Assembly: GCF_963921235.1 (NCBI RefSeq)
Contig: NC_086098.1
Span: forward strand, 5,518,001 to 5,582,000
Direction of reading: 5' to 3'
Length of the DNA stretch: 64,000 nucleotides
From: Mobula hypostoma
Taxonomy: Eukaryota
Shown here: one piece after another, positions 10,305 to 22,870 of the stretch
How positions within the stretch are numbered: the stretch's first letter is position 1
How the letters are laid out: each line of letters opens with the position of its first letter
Notes under the pieces: model-generated
The model's input: the letters and a program-made list of their open reading frames with translations, nothing else
What the model was told of the DNA's origin: nothing
The model's database searches: none
Translations under genes and position numbers: made by a program

Positions 10305-11592
10305 GCACCTCTTCCTATAGATGCTGCTTGGCCTGCTGCGTTCACCAGCAACTTTGATGTATGTTATTCAGATAATAATCTGTTTTCCTATTTTTGCCAC
10401 CAAAGTGGATAACTTCACATTTATCCACATTAAATTGCATCTGCCATGAATTTGCCCACTCACCCAACCTATCCAAGTCACCCTGCATCCTCTTAGCATC
10501 CTCCTCACAGCTAACACTGCCACCCAGCTTCGTGTCATCCGCAAACTTGGAGATGCTGCATTTAATTCCCTCATCCAAGTCATTAATATATATTGTAAAC
10601 AACTGGGGTCCCAGCACTGAGCCTTGCGGTACCCCACTAGTCACCACCTGCCATTCTGAAAAGGTCCCGTTTATTCCCACTCTTTGCTTCCTGTCTGCTA
10701 ACCAATTCTCCACCCAACATCAATACCTTACCCCCAATACCGTGTGCTTTAAGTTTGCACACTAATCTCCTGTGTGGGACCTTGTCAAAAGCCTTTTGAA
10801 AATCCATATATACCACATCCACTGGTTCTCCCCTATCCACTCTACTAGTTACATCCTCAAAAAATTCTATGAGATTCGTCAGACATGATTTTCCTTTCAC
10901 AAATCCATGCTGACTTTGTCCGATGACTTCACCGCTTTCCAAATGCGCTGTTATCACATCCTTGATAACTGACTCCAGTAGTTTCCCCACCACCGACGTT
11001 AGGCTAACCGGTCTATAATTCCCCGGTTTCTCTCTCCCTCCTTTTTTAAAAAGTGGGGTTACATTAGCCACCCTCCAATCCTCAGGAACTAGTCCAGAAT
11101 CTAACGAGTTTTGAAAAATTATCACTAATGCATCCACTATTTCTTGGGCTACTTCCTTAAGCACTCTAGGATGCAGACCATCTGGCCCTGGGGATTTATC
11201 TGCCTTCAATCCCTTCAATTTACCTAATACCACTTCCCTACTAACATGTATTTCGCTCTGTTCCTCCATCTCACTGGACCCTCTGTCCCCTACTATTTCT
11301 GGAAGATTATTTATGTCCTCCTTAGTGAAGACAGAACCAAAGTAATTATTCAATTGGTCTGCCATGTCCTTGCTCCCCATAATCAATTCACCTGTTTCTG
11401 TCTGTAGGGGACCTACATTTGTCTTTACCAGCCTTTTCCTTTTTACATATCTATAAAAGCTTTTACAGTCCGTTTTTATGTTCCCTGCCAGTTTTCTCTC
11501 ATAATCTTTTTTCCCTTTCCTAATTAAGCCGTTTGTCCTCCTCTGCTGAACTCTGAATTTCTCCCAGTCTTGAATCAATTTTATTTTGAATC

Positions 11593-11745
11593 AAAAGGAA
11601 GAGAAAATCTGCAGATGCTGGAAACCCGGGCATTACACACAAAATGCTGGAGGAACTGCTGAAGGGCTTCGGCCCAAAACACCAACTGTACTCTTTTCCT
11701 AGATGCTGCTTGGGCTGCTGAGTTCCTCTGGCATTTTGTTTTTTT
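11593..11745. mobile_element. Fold-back PLE pLTR mini-element
   Basis: Reverse arm ends at GGAGGAACT; forward arm starts in a decayed hammerhead core (CTGCTGAAGGGCTTCGGCCCAAAAC). Confidence 0.7.
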
Positions 11746-12339
11746 GGTGCTATCTTTTTGAATACTTGTTTTTGAAACTAATGGCATTGTGATCACTCAA
11801 TGCAAAATGTTCCCCTACACAAACTTCTGTCATCAGCCCTGCCTCATTCCCTAATAGCAGATTCAGTATCGAATGCCCTCTAGTTGGGACTTCTATGTAC
11901 TGATTAAGGAAACTCTCCTGAAGACATTTGACAAACTCTATCCCATCCAGTCCTTTTACAGTATGTGAGTCCCAGTCAATATGTGGAATCACCTACTACC
12001 AAACTTGTGTTTCTTGCAACAGTCCGCGACGTCTACAAATTTGGTCCTTTAAATCCTACGGACTGTTGGGTGGTCTGTGATATAATTTAATTAACATGGT
12101 TGTACTTTTCTTAGTCCTGTTATCTATCCATAAAGACTTACTAGAACAGCGTTCCATTCTATTCTGACTGCGCACTGTAATCACATTTTCCCTGTTGTAA
12201 CACGACCCAATCCAACAATGGTCATTCCACTTACACCTCCTTTCCTTTTATTGGCTCAGATAGTGACTCATTCTCGGTGAGACTTGCAGTTTTCACATGG
12301 CTCCTGCCCTACAAGATATCACTCTCTCACTCGCCGCTT

Positions 12340-12440
12340 CAAACAGTTTCTTGGATTTACTGTAATTGCTTGGAAGAAAATGAATCTCAGGCTGTATAGG
12401 TGACTATGTACTGTGATAATAAATTTACTTAGAACTTTGA
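12340..12440 (+). mobile_element. Rex1-type 3' tail
   Basis: GAAAATGAATCTCAGG..GATAATAAATTTACTTAGAACTTTG. Confidence 0.65.
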
Positions 12441-12462
12441 AAAAGCTGCAGACATTGAGCCA

Positions 12463-12673
12463 GTCACAAACAAGAGAATATCTGCAGATGCTGGAAATCC
12501 AAGCAACACACACAAAATGCTGGAGGAATTCAGCAGGCCAGGCAGCACCTATGGAAAAGAGTACAGTCGATGTTTCGGGCTGAGGCCTACCGAAGGGTCT
12601 CGGCCCGAAATATCGACTACGCTTTTCTTCCATAGACGCTGCCTAGCCTGCTGAGTTCCTCCAGCATTTTGTG
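12463..12673. mobile_element. Fold-back PLE pLTR mini-element
   Basis: Inverted arms about 12510-12585 and 12595-12673; TSD AGACATTGA(G/A)CCA at 12450-12462 and 12674-12686. Confidence 0.85.
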
Positions 12674-13514
12674 AGACATTGAACCAAGGTAGAGCACTGA
12701 GTTACGAACGGCATCTTGGGGATTTCTGTGAAGAAATTTTGCCAATATACATCTTCAGTGATCTGGTCTGAATGTGCAGCTCATTGGGAATTGTAATAAT
12801 CCATTTGGCAGTAGATCCACCATCAGCTCATCATCAGATAAGAAATATCCTCTTTAGTGATACAGTGAAGCAAGGGAGAGTGTCTGAACAGTGGACATAC
12901 CAATGGGACTAACCCATATCAGCTCTTTCTTTCTGCCAAAAGGGATTTAATAAATATGCAATGAGATTAGTCATGAAAGGTCACCCCAGCTTTTCAACCA
13001 AAGATAATTAACCAGGTGACAATACTTCATGTACCGACAGCAGTGGCGCTCATATCATTTTCTGATTTAATGACAATTTTAAGCAGCTTATCAGATTTTC
13101 AGTCTGAAAGCCATTCTAGCACCACATCAGGCTTACATCCTGCTTTTTTTTTCATTGAGGTCCACATGGGAATCTGAACTTTCTAATTTCCAATACACTC
13201 TCAGACACAGCCAGTTTTAAATCAATTAGGGTTACTGGTGGCCTTGTCCTGTGTGTTAAGGAGATTAGTGGCTGACTTACTCAGCTGAGGCCGGTTTGAA
13301 TGCACTTGTAATACTCCATGGAGAATTAGGTTTTTGCAACTGTATATTGGAGTTGGGATAGATTGAACATCACAGACGGCAGATAATGATGGTGATTTTC
13401 TTTGGCTTTACCCACGACATATTAATGAGAAATGGCTTGTTCTCACAACTTGCGTTCAAAATTTTTTACTATGTTTTTCTTCAGGTACTGAGAGCCCAGA
13501 TTTAGAAAATATTT

Positions 13515-13805
13515 TTATTTATTTATTTATTTTTATTTGTAGATGGAGCATGGAACGGGCCCAATGAGCCGTACCTTCCAGTAACCCTCTGATTTTACAC
13601 TAGCCTAATCGCAGGACAATCTACAACGACAAATTAACCTACGAACTCATACTTTGGACTGTGGGAGGAACTGGGAGCACCCGGAGGAAACCAGTGCGGA
13701 TGTGGGGAGAATGCCACGCTCCTTACAGAGCACGCCGGAACTGAACTCTGAACTCTGGAGTGCCCTGTGCTGTAATCGCGTCACATTAACCGTGACCCCA
13801 CCACA
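13515..13805 (-). mobile_element. tRNA-derived V-SINE (HE1-like)
   Basis: V-domain GGTTTCCTCCGGGTGCTCCCAGTTCCTCCCACAGTCCAAAG on minus; (TAAA)n tail. Confidence 0.75.
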
Positions 13806-13857
13806 GTATCTTGGTCCATAAGTAATGTGAAATTTTGAGATCAAACCTGATAATTAA

Positions 13858-14150
13858 AGCAGCACAGTAGTGTTTAGTGTGACCTTTTACAATGTGCAGA
13901 CTGTAAGTTTGTGTTTCAATTCCCACCGCTGTCTATAAGGAGTTTGTACCATCTCCCCTGACCATTAAGTTTCCTCCAGGTACTCTGGTTTCCTCCCACA
14001 TGGTTAGGGTTAGTAAGTGGTGGGTTTGCTATGTTGATGCCAGAGCTGTAGCAGTACCTACGGGCTGTCCCCAGCAGACTCCTCGCTGAATTGATTGGGT
14101 GCCAAATGACATATTTCACTGTATATTTTGATGTAAATGTGACAATCAAA
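13858..14150 (+). mobile_element. tRNA-derived V-SINE (HE1-like)
   Basis: B-box-like GTTTCAATTCC; TTTCCTCCAGGTACTCTGGTTTCCTCCCACA. Confidence 0.7.
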
Positions 14151-14454
14151 TTATTTAATTACTTACTTATTGGAGACTAGCTCATTTTTAATATCAGTTT
14201 ACTCCATTAATTGTCGCTACTAATTTACATTTGCTGAATAAAATGGCAGGCATTTATTTGGAGCTACTGTGTGGTAGATGGAATTTTAGGGATTAGGTTA
14301 ATTGCTGTGGCTTGGCAATTTTAGCTTGTGACATTGTTGCTTTTGCTCTGCATCAACAGCCAGATTCTCAAATAGGATTGAAACTATCGATCAATTATTC
14401 TTTGAAAAATCTGGTTTGAATTGGAAAGACCAACCATTATCACTCCTGTCTGAG

Positions 14455-15715
14455 AAGTGACCGGGATCCACTCCAATATGCCCACCAGAGCAGGTGCCAC
14501 CTCATCGGCTCTCCACTCAACCCTGGAACATCTGGACAGCAAAGATGCATACATAAATCGGGGTGCTCTTTATCGACTACAGCTCAGCATTCAATGCCAT
14601 GATCCCCTCAAAACCAAACAAGAAGCTTGTAGTTCTTGGCCACAATACCTCCTTGTGCAATTGGATGCCTGATTTTCTTGCTCGCAGCTCCCAGTCAGTT
14701 TGGATTGGCAACGTCTCCTCCACAATCTCCATCAGCACGGGTGCATGACAAGGCTGTGTGCTTAGCCCCCTCCTCTACTCACTACACATTTATGACTCTG
14801 TGGCTAAGCACAGCTCCAATACCATATTCAAGTTTGTTGACAACACCACGGTCATAGGCTGAATCAAAGGTGGTGATGAGTCAGCATATAGGAGGGGGAT
14901 TAGAAACCAAGGAGCTGATTACTGACTTCAGGAGAAGGAAAACAGAGGTCCATGAGCCAGTCCTCGTCAGAGTACCAGAGGCAGAGAGGGTCAGCAACTT
15001 TAAATTCCTCAGTGTTAATACTTTGAAGGAGCTGGAACCCAGCACATAAGTGCAATTATGAAGAAAGCCCAGCAGCTTAGGAGTTCTCTGAGATTTGGCA
15101 TGACATCTAAAACTTTACCAAACTTCTGTAGATGTGCGGCGAAGAGTACACTAATGCCCTTGAATGGAAAATGCTGCAAAAAGTAGTGGATATGGCCCGG
15201 TTCATTGCAGGTAAAGACCTCCCCACCATTGAGCATATCTACATGAAACATTGTCACAGGAAAGTAGCATCCATCATTAGGGACCCCTCACCATCCATGA
15301 CATGCTCTCTTCTCGCTCCTGCCATCAGAAAGAAGGTACAGGAGCCTCAGGACTCACACCACGAGATTCAGGAACAGTTAGTACCACCCAACAAATGGCA
15401 ATAACTTCACTAACTTCACTTTCCCCATCATTGAAATGTTCCCACAAACAATGTTTCTCAATATTTATTGCATGCATGCATATTAATTAACATAATTTAT
15501 TTATGTATGTATATATTTATTTATTTATTGTATTTGCATAGCTTTTGCCTTTTGCACACTGTTTGAACACTGAGGTTGGTGAGGTCTTCCATTGATTCTA
15601 TTATAGTTATTACTCTATAGAGTTACTGAGTATGCCCACAAGAAAATGAATCTCAGAGTTCTATATGGTGACATATATGTACTTTGATAATAAATTTACT
15701 TTGAATTTTGAACTT
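14455..15715 (+). mobile_element. Old Rex1/Babar-type LINE, RT to 3' tail, decayed
   Basis: LFIDYSSAFN, QGCVLSPLLYS, KFVDNTT; 3' tail at 15640-15715. Confidence 0.85.
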
Positions 15716-15810
15716 TATTGTGGCCTAACAATCATAGTGTAATGTATAAAGTTCTTTGTTATCCTTCAGTGCTTTGTAACATTGTGGAAAAGCTTTGTAA
15801 ACCAGCAAAG

Positions 15811-16110
15811 GGAGACACAGTAATGTAGCAGTTGGCATGACACTGTTACAGCTCGAGGCATCTGAGGTCAGAGTTCAATTCCAGCGTCCTCTGTAGGGAG
15901 TCTGTATGTCCTCCCCATGGAATGCATGGGTTGTCTAGGGTCCTCCGATTTCTTCCCACAGCCCAATGACATACCAGGTGGGTTAATTAGTCGCTGTAAA
16001 ATGTCTTGTGATTAGGTTCGGGTTAATTGGGTTTGTCTGGGGCTGCTGGGCGCTGTGGCTCAGAGGGCTGTAAAAAACTACTCGGTGCTGTATCACTAAA
16101 TAAATACAAT
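15811..16110 (+). mobile_element. tRNA-derived V-SINE (HE1-like)
   Basis: GAGTTCAATTCC B box; V-domain remnant; TAAATAAA tail. Confidence 0.7.
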
Positions 16111-16219
16111 AAGTAAATTTGGCAAACAATTTTATTTAAAGCATTAATATAGGCAATAATATGTAGAAACACAGAAATATTATCATTAATATCAAGATAT
16201 AAAATTAAAATAAATCATC

Positions 16220-16495
16220 AGCTCACACACAGGAAATCAGCAGGTCTGGCAGCATCTATGGCGAGGTATGAACAGTCAACATTTCGTTAAGGTCCAGTCA
16301 CTTGCTGGTTGGAATTCCTTCTTTTTCCCCCACCTTCTTATTCTGGCTTTCTTCCCCTTCCTTTCTCATCCTGGTGAAGGGTGTCAGACTAAAACGTTGA
16401 CTCTTTGCTACAGGTGCTGCTTGACCTGCTGAGCTCCTCCAGCATTTTGTGTCTGTTGCTCTGGACTTCCAGCATCTGTAGAATCACTTGTGCTT
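16220..16495. mobile_element. Old PLE pLTR derivative (short reverse arm plus forward arm with decayed hammerhead at ~16368-16402)
   Basis: CTGGTGAAGGGTGTCAGACTAAAACGTTGACT; ..CTCCAGCATTTTGTGTCTGTTGC..CCAGCATCTGTAG. Confidence 0.65.
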
Positions 16496-16999
16496 AAAAT
16501 TGTCAATTTGCATGTTCTTGTACTTCTGAAATACATACTGAGATTCATAACTGGGGCAAATTATAGCTGGCTAAAAATTTCAGCGTTCCTATTTACCATC
16601 TTTATCATCCCTTACGCTAATTTGTACAAACTTGGACAACTTCCAATATACTCAACAGAAACATAATCAAGAGTATTTTTTATCAAGGTATAGACATTCT
16701 TCATGGCAGCTGTTTTATCAATAACCCCTGTTTTTTAATATATATTCAGTTCTGTACAAGACTAGAAATTACTGATCTGTTTAAAACACAATGTCACATT
16801 CTCCAACACACTGAGAGGAGTAGCGATGGGAATGCAATATTTTTTTTGATAACAGTGTTCGAAGGCTTCTGACTGTGCAGTCTTCATTTACCTAATTCTT
16901 CACAAATGGAGCTGTTTAAAAATCTCATCTCTTAGCATATTCACGCACTGCTGGAGACTGTGTCGATATCAAAAGTAGCTTGAAGCTAGAACCTAAGGA

Positions 17000-17500
17000 T
17001 CAGAATCAGAATTAGAACCAGAATTGAAATCAGGTTTAATATCACTGGCATATGTCATAAGATATGCTGGTTTGTGGCAGCAGTAAATTGCGATACTCTA
17101 ATTCACAGTAAGAAATACAGTTATAAAAATTAAAGTGAATAAGTAGTGGGAAAAATAGTGAGGTTACCTTGTCCATTCAGAAATCTAATGGCAGGGGAGA
17201 AGATTCTGCTCCTAAAGCATTGACAGTGTATGTATTGGCTCCTGTTCCTCCCCCTTGATGGTAGAAATGAGAAGAGGTCATGTCCTGGGTGATATGGGTC
17301 CTTAAAGTTGGATGCTGCCTTTTTAAAGTATCATCGTTTGAAGATCTCCTGGATGCTGGAGAATCAAGTGCCTGTGATAGAGCTGGCTGAGCTTACAACT
17401 TTCTGCAGCTTTTTCTAATCCTGTGCTGTGACCCGTCATACCAGGCAGCGATTCAACCAGTTAGAATGCTCTCCACGGTAAATTTGTACAACTTTTCGAG
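17000..17500 (-). mobile_element. Rex1/Babar-type LINE 3' fragment with (GATTCT)n-like tail
   Basis: Minus strand encodes ..VESILTG..AWY..; tail ATCAGAATCAGAA on plus. Confidence 0.65.
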
Positions 17501-17502
17501 AA

Positions 17503-17853
17503 TCATCGTCATCATTATGTGCTGTGTGTTATGACGTAGTCGATCATGGTCTATGATAATGATTGTTCTTATCAAATTTCTCTACAGAAGTGCTTTGCTA
17601 ATCCCTTCTTCTGGGCAGTATCTTTACAAGGCAGGTGGCTCTATTCATTATCTGCCTGGCATCAGTGGTCACATAACCAAGACTTGTGATATGCACCAGC
17701 TGCTCATCCAACCATCCACCACCTGCTCCCGTGGCTTCACATGATCCTGATCGGGGGCTAAGCAGGTGCTACACCTTGCCCAAGGGTGACCTGCAGGCTA
17801 GTGAAGGGAAGGAGTGCCTTACACCTCCTTTGGTGGAAATGTATCTCCACCCC
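17503..17853 (-). mobile_element. SINE-like element with RTE-type tail (copy 2)
   Basis: Reverse complement aligns with 920-1243; (GAT)n-like tail. Confidence 0.7.
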
Positions 17854-17959
17854 ACCAGAGTAAGTATTCAAAATGGAGGCAGAAGGAGGCCAGTTATTCC
17901 CTCATTCTTTAGCTGATTTCAACAAGATAATAGTTCTTCTTCTACTTCTACATTTTGTG

Positions 17960-18172
17960 AACAGCTTCTTCCCTTCAGCAATCAGATTTCTGAATGGATA
18001 ATAGAGCTATGTATACTATCTCACCATTTTCACTTACTTTTTGCTCGCTTTTTAAATTGTATTTAATTTTTATATATATTTCTTATTGTAATTTACAGTT
18101 TTTTAATGTACTGCTGCCACAAAAGAACAAATTTCATGACATCTGCCAGTGGTATTAAACCTGATTCTGAAT
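17960..18172 (+). mobile_element. Rex1-type 3' UTR and tail
   Basis: TACTGCTGCCACAAAAGAACAAATTTCATGACA..TAAACCTGATTCTGA, shared with 44060-44125. Confidence 0.65.
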
Positions 18173-18458
18173 CCTCATTGCTACTTTTGTTGAATTGGGG
18201 TGTAGAATTGTATTTTATATGTTCAGTGAGTTTTACGTTGATTACAGTTGCCTTTGTACTTATTCTGGAAATTCTTTTAGTTTCAGTGATGGGTGTCACA
18301 TTATTTGAATTTGGCATTTTAATTGGTTAAAAGTTATCTGTTGGAACGTCAATGGAATTCTTAATGGAATAGTTATAAGTAATCTGGTATAGAAGACAGA
18401 ACTACTCGTTTTCATTTGTCTCTCACCATCCTTTTATTCTTTTCTCTTTGCCTGAGTA

Positions 18459-18846
18459 GTGTTTAGTGGAGCCCGGGCAGGATTAAGGAAAAGGGTTTTT
18501 GAAGACCGCGACCTGCAGATCCAAACAAAACTTTGGTCTTCCGAGCAGTCATCCCTCTTACATGACTGTATGGAGCTGAATCATGGACTGCCTGAAAGCC
18601 CTGGAACAATACTACCAAAGAGCCTTATGAAGGATTTTGAGGATCAGCTGGATAGTCAAATGCACTAACACCAGCCAAGTGGAGAAAGCCAACATAAACA
18701 GCATCTCCAGCACGATAGAGCAACACCAACTCCAACAGATGGGTCATGTCATCCGGATGCCTAACTCTCATCTCCCCGAACGGATCCTTTACTCCCAGTT
18801 GAAGGAAGGTCAGCAAGCTGCTGGTGGACGGAGGAAATACTTTAAA
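18459..18846 (+). mobile_element. RTE-clade LINE RT C-terminal fragment
   Basis: LRKRVFEDRDL..TKL, YGAESWT, ILRISW, GHVIRMP..LPERILYSQL..G....GGRRK.FK. Confidence 0.8.
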
Positions 18847-18965
18847 GGAGTGGTCATCAGTGGAGTGGTCTGAGTCAGAGTGGTAGGGCTTCAGATAATT
18901 GGGGCTTTGGCGATGTAAGTGGGTAAGTGGACTTCGTTTTTTTTCCCTTGCATTTTTTTTGAGGA

Positions 18966-19914
18966 ATGGACAGCATGTCTGTAGGGTTAGTACTTTGCTC
19001 TGGGTGTCAGATGTGGGAATCCCGGGAATCTTCCAGTGTCCCAGATGAACACATCTGCGCCAGGTGCACCGAGATGCAGCTTCTGAGAGACCATGTTGGG
19101 GATCTGGAGCTGCGGCTTGATGACCTACAGCTTATCAGGGAGAGCGAACAGGAGATAGATAGGAGCTACAGGGAGTTAATCACCCTGAGGCTACGGAAGT
19201 TAGATAAGTGGGTGACTGTCAGGGAAGGGATGTGAAGAGCTCAGATAGTAGAGAGCACCCTTGTGGCCATCCCCTTCAATAATTGTTATCTCGTTTTGGA
19301 TGCTGCTGAGGGGGTGACCTGACAGAGGATGACCATGGTGATCGGGACTCTGGCACTGAGCCTGGTTCCGTGGTGCAGAAGGGAAAGACAAAGATGAGGA
19401 ATGTGGTAGTCACAGGGGATTCCATAGTGAGGGGAACAGACAGGAAGTTCTGTCAGCCTGATAGAGATACCCGCATGGTGTGTTGTCTCCCCTTCCAGGT
19501 GCCAGGGTACGGAATGTCTCGGATTGGGTGCAGAGTATTCTGAAGGGAGATGATGAACAGCCAGAAGTCTTGGTACATGTTGGTACCAATGACATAGGCA
19601 GAAAAATGGAGGAGGTCCTGAAGAGACAATTCAGGGAGTTGGGTAGGAAGCTGAAAAGCAGGACCTCCAGGGTAGTAATCTCAGGATTGCTGCCTGTGCC
19701 ACGTGCTAACGAGTAGAAGAGTACCATGATCAGGCATATTAATGCGTGGCTGAGAGACTGGTGTAGGGGGCAGGGCTTCGGGTTTCTGGATCATTGGGGC
19801 CTCTTCTGGGGGAGGTATGACCTGTACAAAAAGGATGGGTTACATCTGAACCCAAAGGGATCCAATGTCCTCGCAGTCAGGTTTAATAGAGCTGTTCAGG
19901 AGGGTTTAAACTAA
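18966..19914 (+). pseudogene. CR1 ORF1 (zinc finger/leucine zipper + SGNH esterase)
   Basis: CSGC.MWE...CARC, LELRLDDLQL, GDS, HVGTND, DGLHLN. Confidence 0.88.
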
Positions 19915-20099
19915 TTTGGCTGGGGATAGGAACTGGAGTGATAAGGCTGAGGAAGGGGAAAACAGAAATAAATCAAATATAGCATGCAACAGAGATGATA
20001 GAAAGGACAGCCAGGAGATGAGGCATAATCACAGCCAGTGGGATGAGTTACAGGGCAATAGAGGTGTGGTGCAGTTAAAACAGAAAGCAACAAATACAG

Positions 20100-22870
20100 G
20101 ACTGAAAATGTTATATTTGAATAAGAAGTTTAAGAATCTTAGACGATCTTGAAATTCAGCTACAGATTGTCAAGTATAACATTGCGGTCATCTCTGAAAC
20201 TTGGCTAAAGGATGGCTGCCATTGGGAGCTGAATGTCCAGGGATATACGGTATATCGGAAGAATAGGTTAGTAGGCAGAGGGAGTGGTGTGGCCCTGTGT
20301 ATAAGAAATAATATTAAATCATTAGAAAGGGATTACATAGAATTGGAAGGCGTAGAGTCTCTATGGGTTGAGTTAAGAAATGGCAAGGGTAAATAGACCC
20401 TAATGGCAGTTGTACACAGACCTCCAAACAGCAGCCGGGACGTGGATTACAAATTACAGCAGGAGACAGAAAAGGCATGTCAGAAGGGCAATATCATGAT
20501 AATCCTTGGTGATTTTAACATGAAAGTGGATTGAGAGAACTAGCTCAGTATTGGACCTCAAGACAGAGAATTTGTAGAATGTCTAAGGGGTGGCTTTACA
20601 GAACAGCTTGTTGTTGAGCCCACTAGGGGATTGGCTGTGCTGGATTGGGTGTTGTGCAATGATCTGGAGGTGATAAGGGAGCTTAACGTTAAGGAACCCT
20701 TAGGGAACAGTGACCAAAATATGATCGACTTCACTTTGAAATTTGAGAAGGAGAAACTGAATTCCAATATGTTGGTATTTCAGTGGAATAAAGGAAATTA
20801 CAATGGCATGAGAGGGGAATTGGCCAAGGTTGACTGGAAAGGGTCCCTAGCATGAAGGACAGCAGAGCAGCAATGGCTGGAGTTTCTGCAAAAAATGAGG
20901 GAAGTGCAAGACAGATATATTCCAAATAGGAAGAAGTTTCAAATGGAAGAAGGACACTACCGTGGCTGACAAGTGAAGTCAGAGCCAAAGTAAAAGCAAA
21001 AGAGAAGGCATACAAGGAAACCAAAGCTAGGGGGAAGATAGAGGATTGGAAAGTTTTTGGAAACATGCAGAAGGAAACTAAGAAGGTTATTTGGAAGGAA
21101 AAGATGAATTATGAAAGGAAGCTGGCGACTAATATCAAAGAAGATACTAACAGCTTTTTTTAAGTATATAAGGGGTAAAGGAAAGTTGAGGGTAGATATA
21201 GGACCAATAGAAAATGACGCTGGAGATATTGTAATGAGAGATGCAGAGGCGGCAGAGGAACTGAATGTGGATTTTGCGTTAGTCTTCACAGTGGAAGACA
21301 TCTGCAGTATACCGGACACTCAAGAGTGTCAGGGAAGTGAAATATGTACAGTGAAAATTATGACTGAGAAGGTGCTCAGGAAACTTAATGGTCTGAGGGT
21401 GGATAAATCTCCTGACCCTGATGGAATGCACTCTTGGGTTCTGGAGAGATTGCGGAAGCATTAACAATGATCTTTCAAGAATCGATAGATTCTGGCATTT
21501 ACCGGATGACTGGATGACTGGATGACTGGAAAATTGCAAATGTTACTTCACTATATAAGAAGAATGGGTAAGGAAACTATAGATCTGTTAGCCTGACATC
21601 AGTGGTTGGGAAGTTGTTGGAATCGATTGTTAGGGATGAGACTATGGGGTACCTGGAGGCACATGACAAGATAGGCCAAAGCCAGCATGGTTTCCTGGAA
21701 GGAAAATCCTGCCTGACTAACCTACTGCAATTTTTTGAGGAAATTACACGCAGGGTAGACAAGGGAGATGCAGTAGATGTGGTGTATTTGGATTTTCAGA
21801 AGGCCTTTGACAAGGTGCCACACATGAGGCTGCTTAACAAGATAAGAACTCGTGGAATTACAGGGAAGTTACTAACATGGGTGGAGCATTGGCTGATCGG
21901 TAGAAAACAGAAGTGGGAATAAAGTGATCCTATTCTGGCTGCTGGTTACCAGTGGAGTTCCACAGGGGTCGGTGTTGGGACTGCTGCTTTTTACAATGTA
22001 TGTCAATGATCTGGACTACAGGATTAATGGATTTGTGGCTAAATTTGCCGATGATACAATGATAGGTGGGTAATGTTGAGGAAACAGAGAGCCTGCAGAG
22101 AGACTTAGATAGTTTAGGGGAATGGGCAAAGAAGTGGAAAATGAAATACAATGTTGGAAAGGGTATGGTGATGCACTTTGGTGGAAGAAATAAATGGGCA
22201 GACTACTATTTAGATGGGGAGAGAATTCAAAATGCAGAGATGCAAAGGGACTTGGGAGTCTTTGTGCAGGATACCTGGAAGGTTAATGTCCAGGTTGAGT
22301 CAGTGGTGAAGAAGGAGAATGCAATGTTAGCATTCATTTCTAGAGGTATAGAGTATAAGAGCGGGGATGTGATGTTGAGGCTCTATAAGGCACTCATAAA
22401 ACCATACCTGGACCATTGTGTGCAGTTTTGGGCTCCTTTTAGAAAGGATATCCTGACCTTGGAGAGGTTTCAGGAAAATTCACGAGAATGATTACAGGAA
22501 TGAAAGGGTAACCATATGAGAAATGTCTGGCAGCTCTTGGGCTGTATTCCCTGGAGTTCAGGAGAAAGAGTGGGGGTCTCATAGAAACATTTTGAATGTT
22601 AAAAGTCCTGAACAGATTAGATATGGCAACATTATTTCCCATGGTAGGGGGGTCTAGGACAAGAGGGCACAACTTCAGGATTGAAGGATGTCCATTTAGA
22701 ACAGAGATGTGAAGAAATTACTTTAGTCAGAGGGTGGTAAATCTGTGGAATTTGTTGCCATGAGCTGTGGAGGCCAAGTCATTGGGTGTATTTAAGGCAG
22801 AGATAGACAGGTTCTTGATTAGCCAGGGCATTAAAGGGTATGGGGAGAAGGCAGGGGAGTGGGGATGACT
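20100..22870 (+). pseudogene. CR1 ORF2 (APE endonuclease + RT), disrupted
   Basis: SETWL, GDFN, SQHGFLEGKSCLTNL, LDFQKAFDKVPH, KFADD. Confidence 0.88.

Larger units (their letters stand above)
8288..10365 (+). mobile_element. 5'-truncated Penelope-like element (RT + GIY-YIG, 3' pLTR)
   Basis: 11-bp TSD ATTCAGATAAT at 8277-8287 and 10366-10376; pLTR 9968-10365 carries a hammerhead motif. Confidence 0.95.
7526..11570 (-). mobile_element. Young 5'-truncated CR1/HER1-like LINE, (TTCTATGT)n tail, split by a PLE
   Basis: ORF2 RT fragments 10637-11578, 10342-10713 and 7617-8312 (GVPQGSVLGP, KFADD); near-identical to 28421-30380. Confidence 0.95.
4854..12195 (-). mobile_element. Old CR1 LINE (ORF2) acting as host; own segments 4854-5093, 5686-6786, 6964-7525 and 11750-12195
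   Basis: Colinear ORF2 fragments (KSPGPD, NYRPLSLISVVGKLLE, EPWFS, SDHNAISF) similar to 52942-56066, interrupted by nested insertions. Confidence 0.85.

Noticed and set aside
13858..13930. tRNA gene (also near 15811 and 39770)
   Set aside because: Decayed SINE heads with no cloverleaf
21504..21530. (CTGGATGA)x3 repeat
   Set aside because: Simple slippage within a dead CR1 ORF2
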